Shown here piece after piece: positions 11,640 through 25,190 of a stretch of 64,000 nucleotides of DNA. Numbering within the stretch: position 1 is the first letter of the stretch; every line of letters starts with the position of its first letter. The DNA comes from Guillardia theta CCMP2712 (Eukaryota > Protista > Cryptophyta): NCBI RefSeq assembly GCF_000315625.1, contig NW_005434517.1, positions 58,785 to 122,784 of the forward strand, given 5' to 3'. The notes under the pieces are model-generated. The model did not search any database. It worked only from the letters and a program-made list of their open reading frames with translations, and was not told the DNA's origin. The position numbers and the translations under genes are program-made.

Positions 11640-13935
11640 ATCTACCCGGCATACAGACCTGACAGCTGTCTCGGCAATATCCATCATCTTATCATCGTCT
11701 GGAGGTACGACGATGTGCAGCGCTTTGATGTTGGACGACGCTAGCAAGACAGTCAGGCTGAGGGAGGAAGCACGAAAAGGAAAGGAAGAAGACGAAGAAG
11801 CCGGCAGGACCTCGTATCTCCTCCCACAGGCAGCGCATAACAGCAGTCGATCGGATCATGAGCTTCTCATTTCTGCTCAAGTTTCCTGTCGCAACCCGTC
11901 ATTGGTTCCTCCTCTTCATCCTCCTCTCCTACTCCCTTCCTTTCCCTCCCATTTCCCTTCCGTAAACCCTAAACTTCTGTCCCTCGTAGCCTCTTCCTCC
12001 TCCCCTACAAGTGACTCGCCCTTACCTTCCATCTCAGCACTTCCGCTCAAGCCCTCAGCAAATGCCGGAGATGCTTCGGCGCTGGTCTCGGTGAGGAGGA
12101 GAGGGACGGCAAGTCCTGTAACCGAGTGCCTAGCTGCTGCCTGCACAACCGACCGCAACCCAGCAGACACTCGGCTGTCCGGGTTCACGGGGTGAGGAAC
12201 GCTCTCGACCACGAGGTGGAAGGCGACGTGGGCAGCGACCAAGTTCGTGTGCCATGTTGAGCACCATTGACCGACGTCGAGGAAGGTTGTTTCTTTGCGT
12301 CTGCTCCGGATGCTTTCCAGCTGGAGGAAGGTGAGACGAAGCAGGCAATCGGAGGTTGATAAGAAAGACGTGGTGAGTAGAGGTGTAGGAGATCAGGAGT
12401 GAGATAGACGAACAGGTCCAGGAGCAGCAGGAGCAGCAGGAGCAGCGAAGGATGGGAAGGAGGCAAAGGAAATCAGGTACGGACTGGGCATGATTCGAAC
12501 GAGGAAGGATACTTGTGCGGGGAGGTCAGGGGCGAGGAGCTCAGCAGATGAGCAGCATCCTTCAACGAAGCTCGCCGCCGTGAAAGGCCTTGGTGACGCC
12601 TCCGTCAGAGGAGAGGAGATTCGGGGGAGGTGTACCTTGTGGCGGAGGAAGAAGGGTGAGCGATGGGAATGACGAGCCCTAAGAGGTTGTCCCCAGCAAT
12701 GCCCCGCATGACAGCCTCTGTCCTCCGCTTGCCCCCTGAGGGAGGGCCGGTGCAGTACTCCAAGATCCTGCCCTGCCGTACCTGTATCCTCACCTTCTTC
12801 CTCAGCTGGTTCGTTCCCACCCACGAGACCAGGTCAATGGCGCCGCGAGGGCGACTAGCCTTGGTCGACGCCAGCCTGCCGTACATGGACCACAGCCCCT
12901 TGGATGTCTCCTCCTCCTCTCTTCCCGCCCCCTTCTCGCCTCCTCCGAACACTTCGTTCCATGCATCCATCGGGTCCTCGTGCGCAGTCAAAATCTCCCC
13001 CTCGTTGGGACTCGCAGGGTTCGTCGCCTCCTTCTTCATCCCCCCCTTGGTCTCCTCTACACTCTCCCGTTGGATCACATTCATGTAGGAGGAAAAGTCG
13101 TTCCTCTGCACTTCCTGCATCTTCGACAGAGACTTGCGGTATTCCTTTCCTGCCAACTTCTTCTTCTCTCTGTACCTGCATCAAGGAAGACGCGCCAGAG
13201 CTCATCAGAGTCCAGCACGGGTATCATCGATCATCACCTTGTCTTCAACGCCTCCAGCTGCTTGTTCACCTCGTCTTCATGCATGAAAGCGCCTCGCAAA
13301 ACAATACTTTGATGCTCTCTCTCATATTCTTTCTCACACCCCTCCATTATCTCCATCCTTCTGCTGGCAAGAGCCATCCCGTCCTCCCAGAACACCCGCA
13401 TCAGGTCCAAGACAGGTTTGCTCGTGGACGCCTCTCGCATCAGCATGCTGAACCTCTCGATCGGGCTCACCTGAATCTCTTCCTTTGCGATCGAGATCCG
13501 GCACTGGTAGCTGGAGTTGACGAACGACATCCCATAGACGCTCGTCATCTTGTCGACCAATGCAGGCACGTCCTCGGGTGATAGTAGAAGGCCATCCTTT
13601 TGTTCTTCTTCCCCCTGTCCTGCTGCTGCTGCTGCTGCTGCTGCTTGATTGATTTCTGCGCGTTCTGCTCCAAGCTCATGTCCCGCCTTCGATTCCCTTC
13701 CGGAGCGATTCAGAAGCTTGCTTGCGATGACTAAGAAGGAATGCCTCCTCCACTCGGGCAGCTGTTCAGATTCGAATATTTCCAGCATCACTCTTTCTTT
13801 CTCTTCCTTGCTCAGACAAGACGGAATGCTCACATCGATCTGATACTCGCCTTCCCCCCCATCGTCCACTATCAAGGTGAAGTTCTCGCATACATCCTGC
13901 GAGTCCTCCATGTCTGGAGACAGCTCCTCGACTGA
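11640..13935 (-). CDS. Multi-exon acidic/coiled-coil hypothetical protein
   Basis: Long protein-like minus ORFs 13234-13911, 12605-13156 and 11916-12242, linked by short GT-AG-like gaps; ends uncertain. Confidence 0.55.
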
Positions 13936-14014
13936 AGGATCAACACAAGCGCATCAGTAGATTGTCATGGCACATCTCCTTGTGCTTTTTAAAGTTCAGA
14001 TTTAAAAATACCCC

Positions 14015-14625
14015 GGCAGTGCTGGCCCGGCGCCGGACTCCCGAGTCCGGAGCTCGGCGGCGGCCGCGCCGCCGGCCCGGCCGCGCACGGCCAGTCACTG
14101 TGCGCTGCCGCAGGCTGCGGCGTCGGACGCCGCGGCGGCAGGCTGTCAGAGTACCGTGTCCCTCCCGGGCGCGGGGCTCGGCCCGGGCCCGGCCAGCCCT
14201 GCGTGACGGTGACGTGACCCCGGGCCCCGCGGCACTGCCGGGCCGCCCGGCGCCGAACGGTTCAAACCGGCCGGGCCGGGCGGGTGTGTCACCGCCCGAC
14301 CGTACGGTGACAAGAATGCCGCAGTGCAGTGCCGACGCGAGTACGGTCACCGTACGGAGCCTGAGGCTCCGAGCAGACTCTTAACTTGCCTGAGTTGCCG
14401 CGGCCAGTTGGGACCAAGGCCCCGGACCCGTACTACGGTACCGTCGGACCGTACGGTACTCTCTGCGGCCCCCCCGAGGAGGTGCAGTGACTCAGTCACG
14501 GCGGAGACTCTGGCAGCCTGTGAGTACTGACAGTGCAGTGCCACGGTCGGAAAGGTTCCGAACGGTTCCGCCGTCCCCGCCGCCAACTTTCACTAATCTT
14601 CCGCTAGTCCACTGCGGCGCCGGGG
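14015..14625. promoter_or_regulatory. GC-rich palindrome-dense intergenic island
   Basis: Same word set as 8470-9540 (CCGTACGG, CCGGGCCCGG, CAGTG, TGACTCA, GAACGGTTC); immediately upstream of the minus-strand gene. Confidence 0.45.
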
Positions 14626-16936
14626 AGTCAAAGCGTCCAGATTCACCATCTGATTTTAAGATCACAATGGTGAATCACCATCTGATGAAAGTTTAAGATC
14701 ACAATCGGACCACCAAGAAGGACATGCCTCTCATCAGCCGATATTCAGCAAGCGAGGCCCACGGTCTCTAGTTCACGGTTGGCACGTTGATTTTTCTAGC
14801 CATTACAATCAAACTTAGTGCGATATTTTTCTTCTCTGTTGTGTACTTGTCGCAATATTTGATATCTGCTATTGACCAAGTTATCATCTGTGCAAAACAC
14901 ATGCTCAGATATTGAGCTGGCACAAGGGATTTTTCCATCTCGTTTGCTGCAAACAACTTTCGACCAGACCTCAGTGCCAAGTTTTGTTTGTGGGCTCCAG
15001 CTTGGGGAACTGCCCAGCAACTTATCGCAGCTATCATGGACCTGTCTTATCACCTGGAAGAGTGGCAGACAGCGATGCGTGGCGACTAGCAGCATGGCCC
15101 GGAAGCAGAGCTCTACGCTCTCTCCATGGCCGTCTACGATGTTTTGGGATCTTCGCAATCTGGTTCAAGAGCTGCGCATTGCTCTTTCAGCTGCATTCTA
15201 TTATCTACGTGGATAATGCGGCGGTAATTCAATTTTCTGAGTCAACAAGGGCAGATAACGTCACTTCGATATACGGCTCAGTTCTATTATGTGCGTGAAA
15301 AAGACGGTTCAGGAAGGCATCATCGAGATATTTCATATCATAGCAGTACCCAAGGTATCCTCCCGGTTCACCGCAGACCTCATGATGAAGGTTCATCCTC
15401 GAGCAACCTTCGGACGCAGGTTTGAAATCAGGGACCCGAAGAGATGTCGATTGAGAACTTTACGGAGCTTCAGCGTCGTCGCACCCGGGCCTGAGACAGT
15501 GACCATCAACATCACTGGCCGGGCCGATCAGCCAGCCGACTCGACTTGCGCAGCGGCTTCAACATTGAATGACGAAGCAGATGCTTTTGAGGAAGACTCT
15601 GAAGGGCTCACAGGTCCCAAGATAAACAAGATCGAAGTGGAGACATCAAGATCGATGAAGCCCGCTGATGAATGGACAGCTTGTGGAACCATCGTCAAGA
15701 AGAATATGCAGATCAAGATGTCAAGACCAAACTTGACTCCGAGAAGGGTGGCAAAGTGCAACTGTCTGAACTGACGAAATCCTTTTTGGGGGAGAACAAG
15801 GTATGATGCGCTGACAAGAACGCGAGATAACCAGTGCACTGAGGGAAGAGTCACACCTGTATGTTTGTAGCAAGCTCTTGTTAACATGAAGTTTGCCCTC
15901 GGATCTTCATTCTTAAGCTCCCTGCATGCCTACCTCAGGAAGTACTTGTTGATTTCTACACTGGGACTCCGTGACTGGCTGAAGTGCCCTCCGAGGCTCG
16001 GAACTACCGGTACCCCCCGGCGAGTGAAAACAAGTCGGAGACAACCCCCCGGACACGTTACAAGTCACCGTACTAGTATTCTCTATTGACTGAAAAAGAA
16101 AGACACCGTACTACCTTGATTCCGGCTCTTCCGAACGTCACACCGGTCATTCCATTTATAAGTCACCTCACTGCACTAACCGGTACACTATCAAGTTCGG
16201 GACTACCGGGAGGGTGTGTGAGTACCCCCTGGTTGCCCCTGCCGTGAAAGGGTCACTGACTAAGGTGACAGTGAAGATCACGGGGTTTACTTGGGCGAAA
16301 AAAACAAAATGATTGCCCTGGGTATGACCCACCCGAAACAATGTGGGGAGATGGGGGGGTGACATTCGGCTGATTGATCTTGAGATTTTATTTTATGTTC
16401 AGGAACATGACGGAAGTATATTGCATAATTTAAAAACTTTCAGATTAATTTTAAAATTTTATCGATGATTTGGGTGTGGACTGTGACCAAAGACATGCTA
16501 TGGCATTTGGTTGAGTCGAACAGTGGCTAGGCAAGGGCTTGTGAACGAGAGAGGAAGGGCAGGGAAAGGCAAGGCAAAGAGGAAGAAGACAAATCAGATG
16601 AGGCGATGAAGTCCTTCCTGATCAGAGCAGAGATCAATGTCGGGTAGAGAGAGGGTAGGAGGAAGATCGGTCATGCAAAGAGGTCTGGCAAGAACTGCAC
16701 CTATAAGTCAAAACTCGTCGCAAAGGATGGAGATTGGCTACAGAGAGGGTCAACGGATAAGATTTGAGAATTCCAGACGAAAAAGATGCTGATGTGATTG
16801 TTTTCATGTTGATATGGGCAAGTGCATGCTGGTACAGCCTTCACAAGACTAATCTTGGTTTTCTCTCATTCCAGCAATACAGTTGTCTTACAATGCATTC
16901 TTGTTTTGTTATGTTTGAAGAAGCAAGTGTTTTGTT

Positions 16937-19900
16937 ATGAGAATTTGGACCCTGAGCCTGAGAGTGCAACACTCATTGACTTTCACACAGTTGGAGCAAC
17001 CTTCGGGCAATATAGGCTCTCTAACTGCGTTTCCGAGACTAAGCGGCAGAGGGGCTTGTTCTTTGACGACAGGCGAAAAGCTGACTCATGCAGAGATCTT
17101 TCAACTTGGGTGTCAGAACTTTCCATCAGATCTTGTTCACGTGCATCGGGTTGACGCTTCTTGCTCATGCTTGGGGAAAGGAGCAGTTGAACATAGAGGG
17201 AACCTGGCTTGCAAACATCTGCAATGAGACAAATTTTGCTTTGCCGTTCGTCCTGGGTGAATTTTCTGCTTGCCTGCAAGAGTCCACGTTCTCAAACATT
17301 TCTTGTGTGCAGGCAAAACGTATGAACACCTGCTGGGCCCTGCCGTCCTCGAAGATTCGAATTTGCTGCTCCGAATGGAGCTTGAGCTCAAGACCTTGTG
17401 GGGATCTCCTGTCAAGGTGACTACTCTCATGACCAGAACAATCACATCCAATCATGATGACGTACTCAACAGGATTCAGTGTACGCGCCGAACAATGATG
17501 AGAAGAACAACAGTCTTGATGTCGAGGCTTGCAGATTAATGGCCCTTGAGATCAACTCGAGGGTTGACATACGGAAGAAGGTCCGGTGGCAGCAGGTCGC
17601 AGCCTGTGAGCTCTGCCGTCCTGATGTCGCGGAATGGATCCGGAAGGAGGCAGGAGAAGCTGTAATTCTCCGGCATCTGGCGAGCTACGCGGCCCTGTAC
17701 ACCTCCTACTCCATCGATCTCATATGCCATGCGCTCGACGAGGTTGGGCTCCGCAGGTACCTGACGACAAGAGAGTCCAATGAGTCTCTGCCGATATCAG
17801 GCGCATCTGCCGAGCTGCTGGTGGGTGTGGAGCCGTCGAGGTGCTCGGCAAACTCCTGGCAGCTCTGCTCAGAATCGGCTGGTCATGGAGGAAAGATACA
17901 AGGAGAGGGGAGGAGTGAAAGTTACCAGAAGGAGGTCTACCGGGCCAAGAAGATCTTGCTGAGCGATCTCAACACATACCACCGCAAGGTCGCACGTCAG
18001 TACGCGACGATTCTTGGGGGGGAGGTGTTGACGGACCACCTGCACGTCCTGGAGGAATTGTTTGAGAAGGGAGACTCGCCCAGGAATGTTTTCAAGTTCC
18101 TCTTGGAGAACTTTGCGAACGTGGTCAAAGACAACACGGCGCAGGCGAGAGAGCGGGCCATGCAGTACGTGCACGAGTCGTTCCAGCAGGTGCTGCTGCG
18201 GGATGCTGATCCTGACGCCCTCGAAGTCTACTCCGAGCTTCTGGTGCAGGGGACGCACGAGCGAGAGCTTCAATGCATCCTCAAGCGCTCCGAGGAATTT
18301 CGGTCGCTCTGCATTGACGGCAACGCGGTGAAGTGCGACGAGGCGATTCGGCTTGTCTCTCTTCAGTATCACGAGGTTCTCAACCGACCGCCTGACCCCC
18401 GTGGCCTCTCGCGATATGCTCGCGAGGTAGTAATGGGATACTTGACTGCCGACGGCATCCGCGACGACCTGGAGAGCAGCTCTGAGTTCCAAGCAGGACC
18501 TGGCATGCTCCGCAGGGTCTCCATGATTGCCAGAAATATCTCCGAGCAACATGAGCGCTGCTTGAAGATCTGTTGCCCCTCCCCTTCACCCTCCTCCTCC
18601 TCCTCCTCCTCCTCCTCTTCATCCTCTTCATCCTCCTCCTCCTCCTCCTCTTCATCCTCCACCCCAAGCAAGATCTGTGCCAAGAACTGCAAACACCTAA
18701 AGAAGCTGAGCAGAGGCAGGTGCTCGCGAGAGCCCAAGGACCTGATCACGTGGGTCGAGTCCGTCCTATGGGGGAAGCGACGGCTGCACAACTTCTTCAA
18801 GGCAGACTTGAGCAACCTGACGAGGTATCAGGTCTCGTCCAGGCTCGTCGTTCGCAAGTTTCTCGATGTGTTGGGGCGATACCCTGACATGCCCGCCATG
18901 CTCAACTTTATCCCCAAAGTCGCCAGGGGTGAGATGAACGTGACGGACCTGACGAGCACCTTGGAGGCGAGCGACGAGAGGTCTCAGAAGTGGATCCAGC
19001 CGAGGCAACCGAAGCAGCTCGGCGAGCTGATCAAAAGAGCTGAGATGATCGCTGGGCTCCTAGTGGAGAACGGGATCGAGCTCACGGACGTAGCGCACTG
19101 TTTCACGATCGAGGAGGACGGGGCTGAGAGAAAGGTGACCATGAATGTTGTCCCGTCCAAGTCCTCCTGCAGGAAGGTCGGCAAGGTGCTTTGGAGCCTC
19201 CAGACTCTGTGGAACGCCAAGGGTCCGGTGCTGGGGAAGAAGGATGCTCCTGAGATTGACAAGCTCAGCCCCATCGCTGTCTTGCTGCAAGAAGATGACA
19301 AGGACCTATGGAAGATGATTGAAAGCCTCGGCAGCATTGCCGGCATCCAGCACTCAGTCGTCATCGTTTTCTCGCTGGGGTATGTCAGCACTGACTCTCT
19401 CGACAAAATGAAGGGTATTGACTTCGCCCGAATCCGAATTCTATTCCACCCGACCCGACAAGATCTGATCCTGCAAGACCCCGACGTGGCTCAGAAGGTG
19501 ACAGGCCTGCTGGACTCCTGCTGCTGCCGTTTGCTGACTCGCCCGTTTCCAGCTGCACTGGAGCTGGCTGCAGGAGATGCTCTTCGAGAACATCTCAGAG
19601 ACAAGGAGCTGGACGGGGGACGTGGTTACCGTCTTCGGGGTGAAGGCGCTGACCTCCGACTTCCTCCGCATCCTCGAGGCAGCGAGAGTCTTCCAAAAGA
19701 CCTTCTGCCCCACCTGCTGGAGCATCGCCATGGACGCGGGATGTGACGAGCGGCTGTCGACCGAGGATGAGGACAACATGATCTGCGTCAACCATGGCAA
19801 GCTCGGCTCAACCATCGCCTTCAACTCCAGCATGTGAGCTTTTTGTGCTGAAGGCTGTCTCTTGCTCTTCCTGCCTTGCTCCTCGCTCGCTCTCCTGGCC

Positions 19901-20708
19901 ACTTGCTCGCCGACCCTCACGCGTCTCAGGTACGAGAAGATCAGCAGGGAGAAGCTAGAGCTCATTCCGACCTCGTGGAACTTTTCCCTCTACTACCTGA
20001 TGCAGGTCGACACGCGGCCCGCAATCAGATGTCACTGACATGAACTTGTCAAGTTGGACAAGTTGAGCTCCAAATCCATCGGACCTGCAGTACCAAGAGT
20101 GCATGACATCTCCTGCTTGAAAGGTTTAGAGCTGAACCCTTCATCCTCCTCTGTCTCCTCTCTGTCTCCTCTCTGTCTCCTTCTCTTCCCCTTCCCCCAT
20201 GCTTCTCTTCCTCGTTCTCCCCGCCTCTTTCTCTCACCCTTCCTCACCCTTTCGCCCCCTCGTTAATCCTTGATCACCTTCATTCTTCTTCAATCCATTT
20301 TCCTGTCTCGTGTCATCTGTCCTGCTGTCCTCCTCTCCTCTCCCTTTTCTCTCTCCTCTTCCTCCTCTCCCTCTTCCTCTTCCTCGCTCACTTGACATCT
20401 CAGACATTACCGACTATCTTGAGCTGCACCTGCAGTACTTCAAGCTTGGTTTCCATACCAGTCGTTTCGACGCCAATGCATTATGGAGAGGAGGAGAATA
20501 GGGAGAGGAGGAGAATAGGGAGAGGAGGAGAATAGGGAGAGGAGGAGAATAGGGAGAGGAGGAGAATAGGGAGAGGAGGAGAATAGGGAGAGGAGGAGGC
20601 CTTCTGGCGTATCTGAAGTTGATGTATCGGCAGAAGGAAGCGGCAGGAGCGGAGCAGCGCGAGAGCTCAATCTTTCTCCCTGGCGTGGGTTTCGTCTCGC
20701 TAGCGTGA
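16937..20708 (+). CDS. Multi-exon protein: DUF4214/PBS-linker-like helical repeats fused to a degenerate MGAT2 (GnT-II, GT16)-like domain
   Basis: Repeats VLLRDADPDALEVY...KRSEEF, VLNRPPDPRGLSRY...ESSSEF and VLGRYPDMPAM...EASDE; C-terminal LIESLGSIAGIQHSVVIVFS-like segment, IDFARIRILFHP, LHWSWLQEMLF, DFLRIL...CPTCWSIAM, SWNFSLYYL and PAVPRVHDISC follow the MGAT2 motif order; 5' and 3' ends approximate. Confidence 0.6.
20485..20598. repeat. 17-bp tandem repeat GGAGAGGAGGAGAATAG x6 plus a 12-bp partial unit
   Basis: Direct reading. Confidence 0.95.
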
Positions 20709-21150
20709 GCAGACATGAACGATATTCTTTAGCTCTGGGGCACAGCCCGAGGGCCTCCTCCTCGAACCCTTGTGATGATGCGTGTAGAAACAGATAAACC
20801 CTGTATCAAGTACGATAGTGAAGGTCACCAGTGACTTCAAACGTCGACTCGTTGATCGCCTCGTGGCTTGCTCTGCGCTCGTTACTCTCTCAGTCTCTTG
20901 CCTCATCAGCAGCGTCCGACCGTCTTCTTCGCTCGTCGCCATGCCAGCCCTCCTGGCTGGTTCACTTCGGGCCGGAGTTCGGCCCGGCCGAACGGCCGTA
21001 CAGTACGGTCCGTCGCGTAACTTTGAAGAATAAACTTTGCAACGTTGAAAGTGTCAACGTTTAGATCAAAGTTTCCAACTTGCAAAGATAGCTGGAATCG
21101 GGGTGAAAATGCTGGTGAAAATGGCGAGTAGGATCAAGAAGTAGAGGAGG

Positions 21151-22957
21151 ATGAAGGAGGAGGAGGAGGAGGAGGAGGAGGAGGCAGCTGAATCTCTCAG
21201 CGCGCATGCTGCTTGTCTCAAGCTTCAGATTCTTTCACGTCAGTTTCTCTGTCGCCAGCATGTCAGGCAGCTCAGAATGTCGATGGATCGAGCGTGGCGG
21301 AGCCGCCACGAGCCCTGCGACGTGCAAGTGAGTGCTGCAGGAGACACGTGGGCAGACATCCGATGGAGCATGCCAGCAGGAGTTGGCTTCATGAGCAGGA
21401 AGCGAGAGCATGGCATGGAGGGGGATGGCGCAGCGGGTGGGAACAGGAGGAGAAGTTCGAGGTACGTTCGCGTCAGCGTGCATGGGACGTTCGAGGTGAG
21501 CGTGGACGGAGAGGTTCGTGACCGGGTACCATGGGAGGAGGCGGCGACAGGGCTGGGGGAGGGCGACGCCAACGACTGCATCCAGTACTGCAAGCACCGG
21601 CTGACAAATCTCCCCAAGCTCAAGGCCATGGAGGTGAAGATCAGGTTTGTTCCTGCTCCCTCCCCGATGAGCCCTGCCCTCTCCATGCTGGATGATGCCG
21701 GGCAATGGACATCGCCGCTTCTCTCCTCCTCTCCTCCTCCCTCCTCGCCTTCCGAGTACCCCCGGGCCCTGTGCGGTCCCCTCCCCCTGATCACAGGCTG
21801 GAGCAAGAGCCTGACGGTTTGGACCAAGGGGATGCATGCAGAACGTATACACAAGCTGAAGGTGGGGAGAGGAGGACAGAAGAAGGAAGGAGACAGTGCT
21901 GATCCGAACTCTGCCAGGACCTGCTGAGGCAGGAGGAGGAGGAGGAGGAGGAGGTGATGTGACGCCTGTCCTGCTCCGTGTTTCTCATGCTTGCTGCTCA
22001 AGGATGCTACTTCTTTGTCCTCTCCCTCCGAGGACGATTCCATTCGCAGAACCTTGTCCTCCTCCAGCAACCATGCTGCCGTCCGCATGATGGGAGGCAG
22101 CTTGCTCCTCCACGTGGCTGCGACCTGACCTGTGCGCAGGATCGACGGTTTCCGCTCCTGAGCGAGGAAGGATGAAGGAGACGAAGGGGGAGAAGTTCTT
22201 CGAGCTGGACTGGAAGGCTGCGAGGGTGAAGCAGGCGAAGTTTGTGTTCGACATGGTGTACGAGAGGAAGCGAGCGGGAGGGAGGGAGGAAGTCAACGCG
22301 AGCGTTCACCAAGACCGCCTACTACAGGAGGAGGACATCATGGAAGCGATGACCTGCCTTGGGGTCGACCTGCCTCGCTCCCAGGTGTCGAGGATGATGA
22401 GCGAGTTTGATGGCGGAGAGGAGGAGGGAGTTGACGCAGAAGCGTTCTGCTGGATGATGGACCTCTGCCCCTTCCCCGGGAGGAGGAGGAGGACGATTCA
22501 GCGCAGGCACTCCATCCGGAGGACGTTCTCGCGCGCTGAGAGCGTTTCCTCCTCCCTGTCCTCGAACATGTTCGAGCGAACACCGTCAAACATGTTCGAG
22601 CGAACACCGTCGAACATGTTCGAACGAACACCGTCAAACATGTTCGAGCGAACACCGTCGAACACTTCAGAGCAACAGGTGACGGCTCCTGTGTCGGATG
22701 GGGAGGAGGCTGAAGATGTTGGAGCAGGGAATGTTCTTTTCCCGCGTATCGAGTATTGTCGAAAGAGGAGGAAGAGCAGGAAGAGGGAGGGAGGAGGAGG
22801 AGGAGGAGGAGGAGGAGGAGGAGGAGGAGGAGGTGCGGTCCATTCGCTCAGTGTTAATGGAGCAGCATCTGAGTCAAACTCTTATCCTCGGGAATCTCCC
22901 AGCAGGTTGAACTCAAGAGAGGAGGAGGAGGAGGAGGAGGAGGAGGAGAGGAACTGA
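21151..22957 (+). CDS. Multi-exon protein with IQ-like motif, FN3-like domain and EF-hand pair
   Basis: LKLQILSRQFLCRQ (IQ-like); PCDVQVSAAGDTWADIRW...LTNL...VKIR...GWSKSLTVWT (FN3-like); EEDIMEAMTCLGVDLPRSQVSRMMSEFDGGEEEGVDAEAF (EF-like); (SNMFERTP)x4 from a 24-bp repeat. Confidence 0.55.
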
Positions 22958-23367
22958 CTTGTTCCGACGTGTTAGTCGGAAGCTGATGCTTGACACGGAC
23001 CATCGCGAACGAAACCAACTGGAAACGGAGGATCGTTGCACGGCCGGCTTACGAGTACTCAATACTCTTCCCTCATCACCTACTATTTGGCCTTCGGGTC
23101 CTCTGGCGAATGAAGTTCTCGTAAATGAACTCTGAAGCGAACCTGTCTTGGAAGAAGAGTCGGGAATAAACTAAAGAATAGGGCACCACTCGGATAATGC
23201 AAAAAAACATATCTCCGGGAGGAGTTGTGATTTGAGATTGCCCCCTGAAGTTGAAATGATTTATTTATATGAAACGATGCGAAATATATCATTCAAAGTG
23301 AGATTGACTGCCTATTACAATAGTTTTATACACCCATTCCTCCGTGCCCTTCCCCTCTCCTTCTCTC

Positions 23368-24120
23368 NNNNNNNNNNNNNNNNNNNNNNNNNNNNNNNNN
23401 NNNNNNNNNNNNNNNNNNNNNNNNNNNNNNNNNNNNNNNNNNNNNNNNNNNNNNNNNNNNNNNNNNNNNNNNNNNNNNNNNNNNNNNNNNNNNNNNNNNN
23501 NNNNNNNNNNNNNNNNNNNNNNNNNNNNNNNNNNNNNNNNNNNNNNNNNNNNNNNNNNNNNNNNNNNNNNNNNNNNNNNNNNNNNNNNNNNNNNNNNNNN
23601 NNNNNNNNNNNNNNNNNNNNNNNNNNNNNNNNNNNNNNNNNNNNNNNNNNNNNNNNNNNNNNNNNNNNNNNNNNNNNNNNNNNNNNNNNNNNNNNNNNNN
23701 NNNNNNNNNNNNNNNNNNNNNNNNNNNNNNNNNNNNNNNNNNNNNNNNNNNNNNNNNNNNNNNNNNNNNNNNNNNNNNNNNNNNNNNNNNNNNNNNNNNN
23801 NNNNNNNNNNNNNNNNNNNNNNNNNNNNNNNNNNNNNNNNNNNNNNNNNNNNNNNNNNNNNNNNNNNNNNNNNNNNNNNNNNNNNNNNNNNNNNNNNNNN
23901 NNNNNNNNNNNNNNNNNNNNNNNNNNNNNNNNNNNNNNNNNNNNNNNNNNNNNNNNNNNNNNNNNNNNNNNNNNNNNNNNNNNNNNNNNNNNNNNNNNNN
24001 NNNNNNNNNNNNNNNNNNNNNNNNNNNNNNNNNNNNNNNNNNNNNNNNNNNNNNNNNNNNNNNNNNNNNNNNNNNNNNNNNNNNNNNNNNNNNNNNNNNN
24101 NNNNNNNNNNNNNNNNNNNN
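23368..24120. other. Assembly gap (N run)
   Basis: 753 consecutive N. Confidence 1.
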
Positions 24121-24381
24121 CCTCTACCACCTCCATCTCCATCTCCGTCTCCTTCTCCTTCTCTTCCACGGTTCTTCTACACACTTCCTTCCAACCTCCT
24201 TCTTGAACATTTCTCCCAGTCTTCTATGTTTGCTTGACTTGAAACTACCATTGCTTATTATCATCATCACCACCACCACCACCACCAGCAACGTCATCAT
24301 CATCATCATCATCATCGTTCATCTTTCTCTTCAACTTGCTTCCAGCTCTGTTGCAACTCTCTGACTGATCTTCCCCGCACA

Positions 24382-25190
24382 GGTCCCGCAAACTTCTCTT
24401 CCCTCCACCACCTTCTCCATCAATGCCACCAACGCCGCGGGCTCGGCTGGCATCCAGCTGGACTTGCAGGTAACGTTTCTCCTCCTCCCTTCCCTCTCCC
24501 TCTCCCTCTCTCCCTCTCCCTCCTCCCCCTCCCCCTCTCCCTCTCCCTCTCCCTCTCCCCTTTCGTCTCCTCCTCCCCTCCCCTCCCCTCCCTCCCCTCC
24601 TCTCCTCCTGCCTCTTGCTCTCATCCTATCCTGCCTTTCCCTCTCCTCTCTCTATTCCTCCTCTACCTTCAGTCTTTCTCCCCTCGATCAAGAGCGGATC
24701 TAAACTCTCGATCAGATTGTTTCTCATCCTGTCTCCTCCTCCCTCTCCTCCTCACCGTCCACCAGCCAAGACACTCGTCTCCTCTCCTCCACCTTCCACC
24801 ACTTCGACCGTCATCGCAGAGGGTTTCTCAGCTTCAGTGACGTCGAACAAGCTCTGCAGCAGCTGGGTATGATGGTGGGCAGGGAGGAGCTGGAGGGGGT
24901 AAGAGACTACCCCCTCTCCTTCCTCTCTCCTCCGCATTTCTCCTCCCCCAGCTCCGGTCTCTCCCCCCCATCCGCTCCTCTACTCCTCTTGCTCTACCTG
25001 CTCCTTCTCTCTCCAGATGCGGTAGTGAAGGATGCAACAGGTTCTGCAGCTGCTGAGCAAGACGGCAGAGCACACGTTGGAGGAGGAAGAGTTTCTCTTC
25101 CTGGCCTCTGCTCTCACGGTCTGTCCCTTGATTCTCCTGCTGCCGATGACGCTGAACAAGGTCGAGAACCCTGAGCTGCTGATGAGGCCG
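24382..25190 (+). CDS. Fragments of a multi-exon gene, possibly with an Ig-like strand (TTFSINATNAAGSA)
   Basis: CAG|...|GT-bounded exons between CT-rich introns; the 5' part is probably in the gap. Confidence 0.3.

Noticed and set aside
23232-24237. Three ~300-aa ORFs
   Set aside because: They span the N gap.
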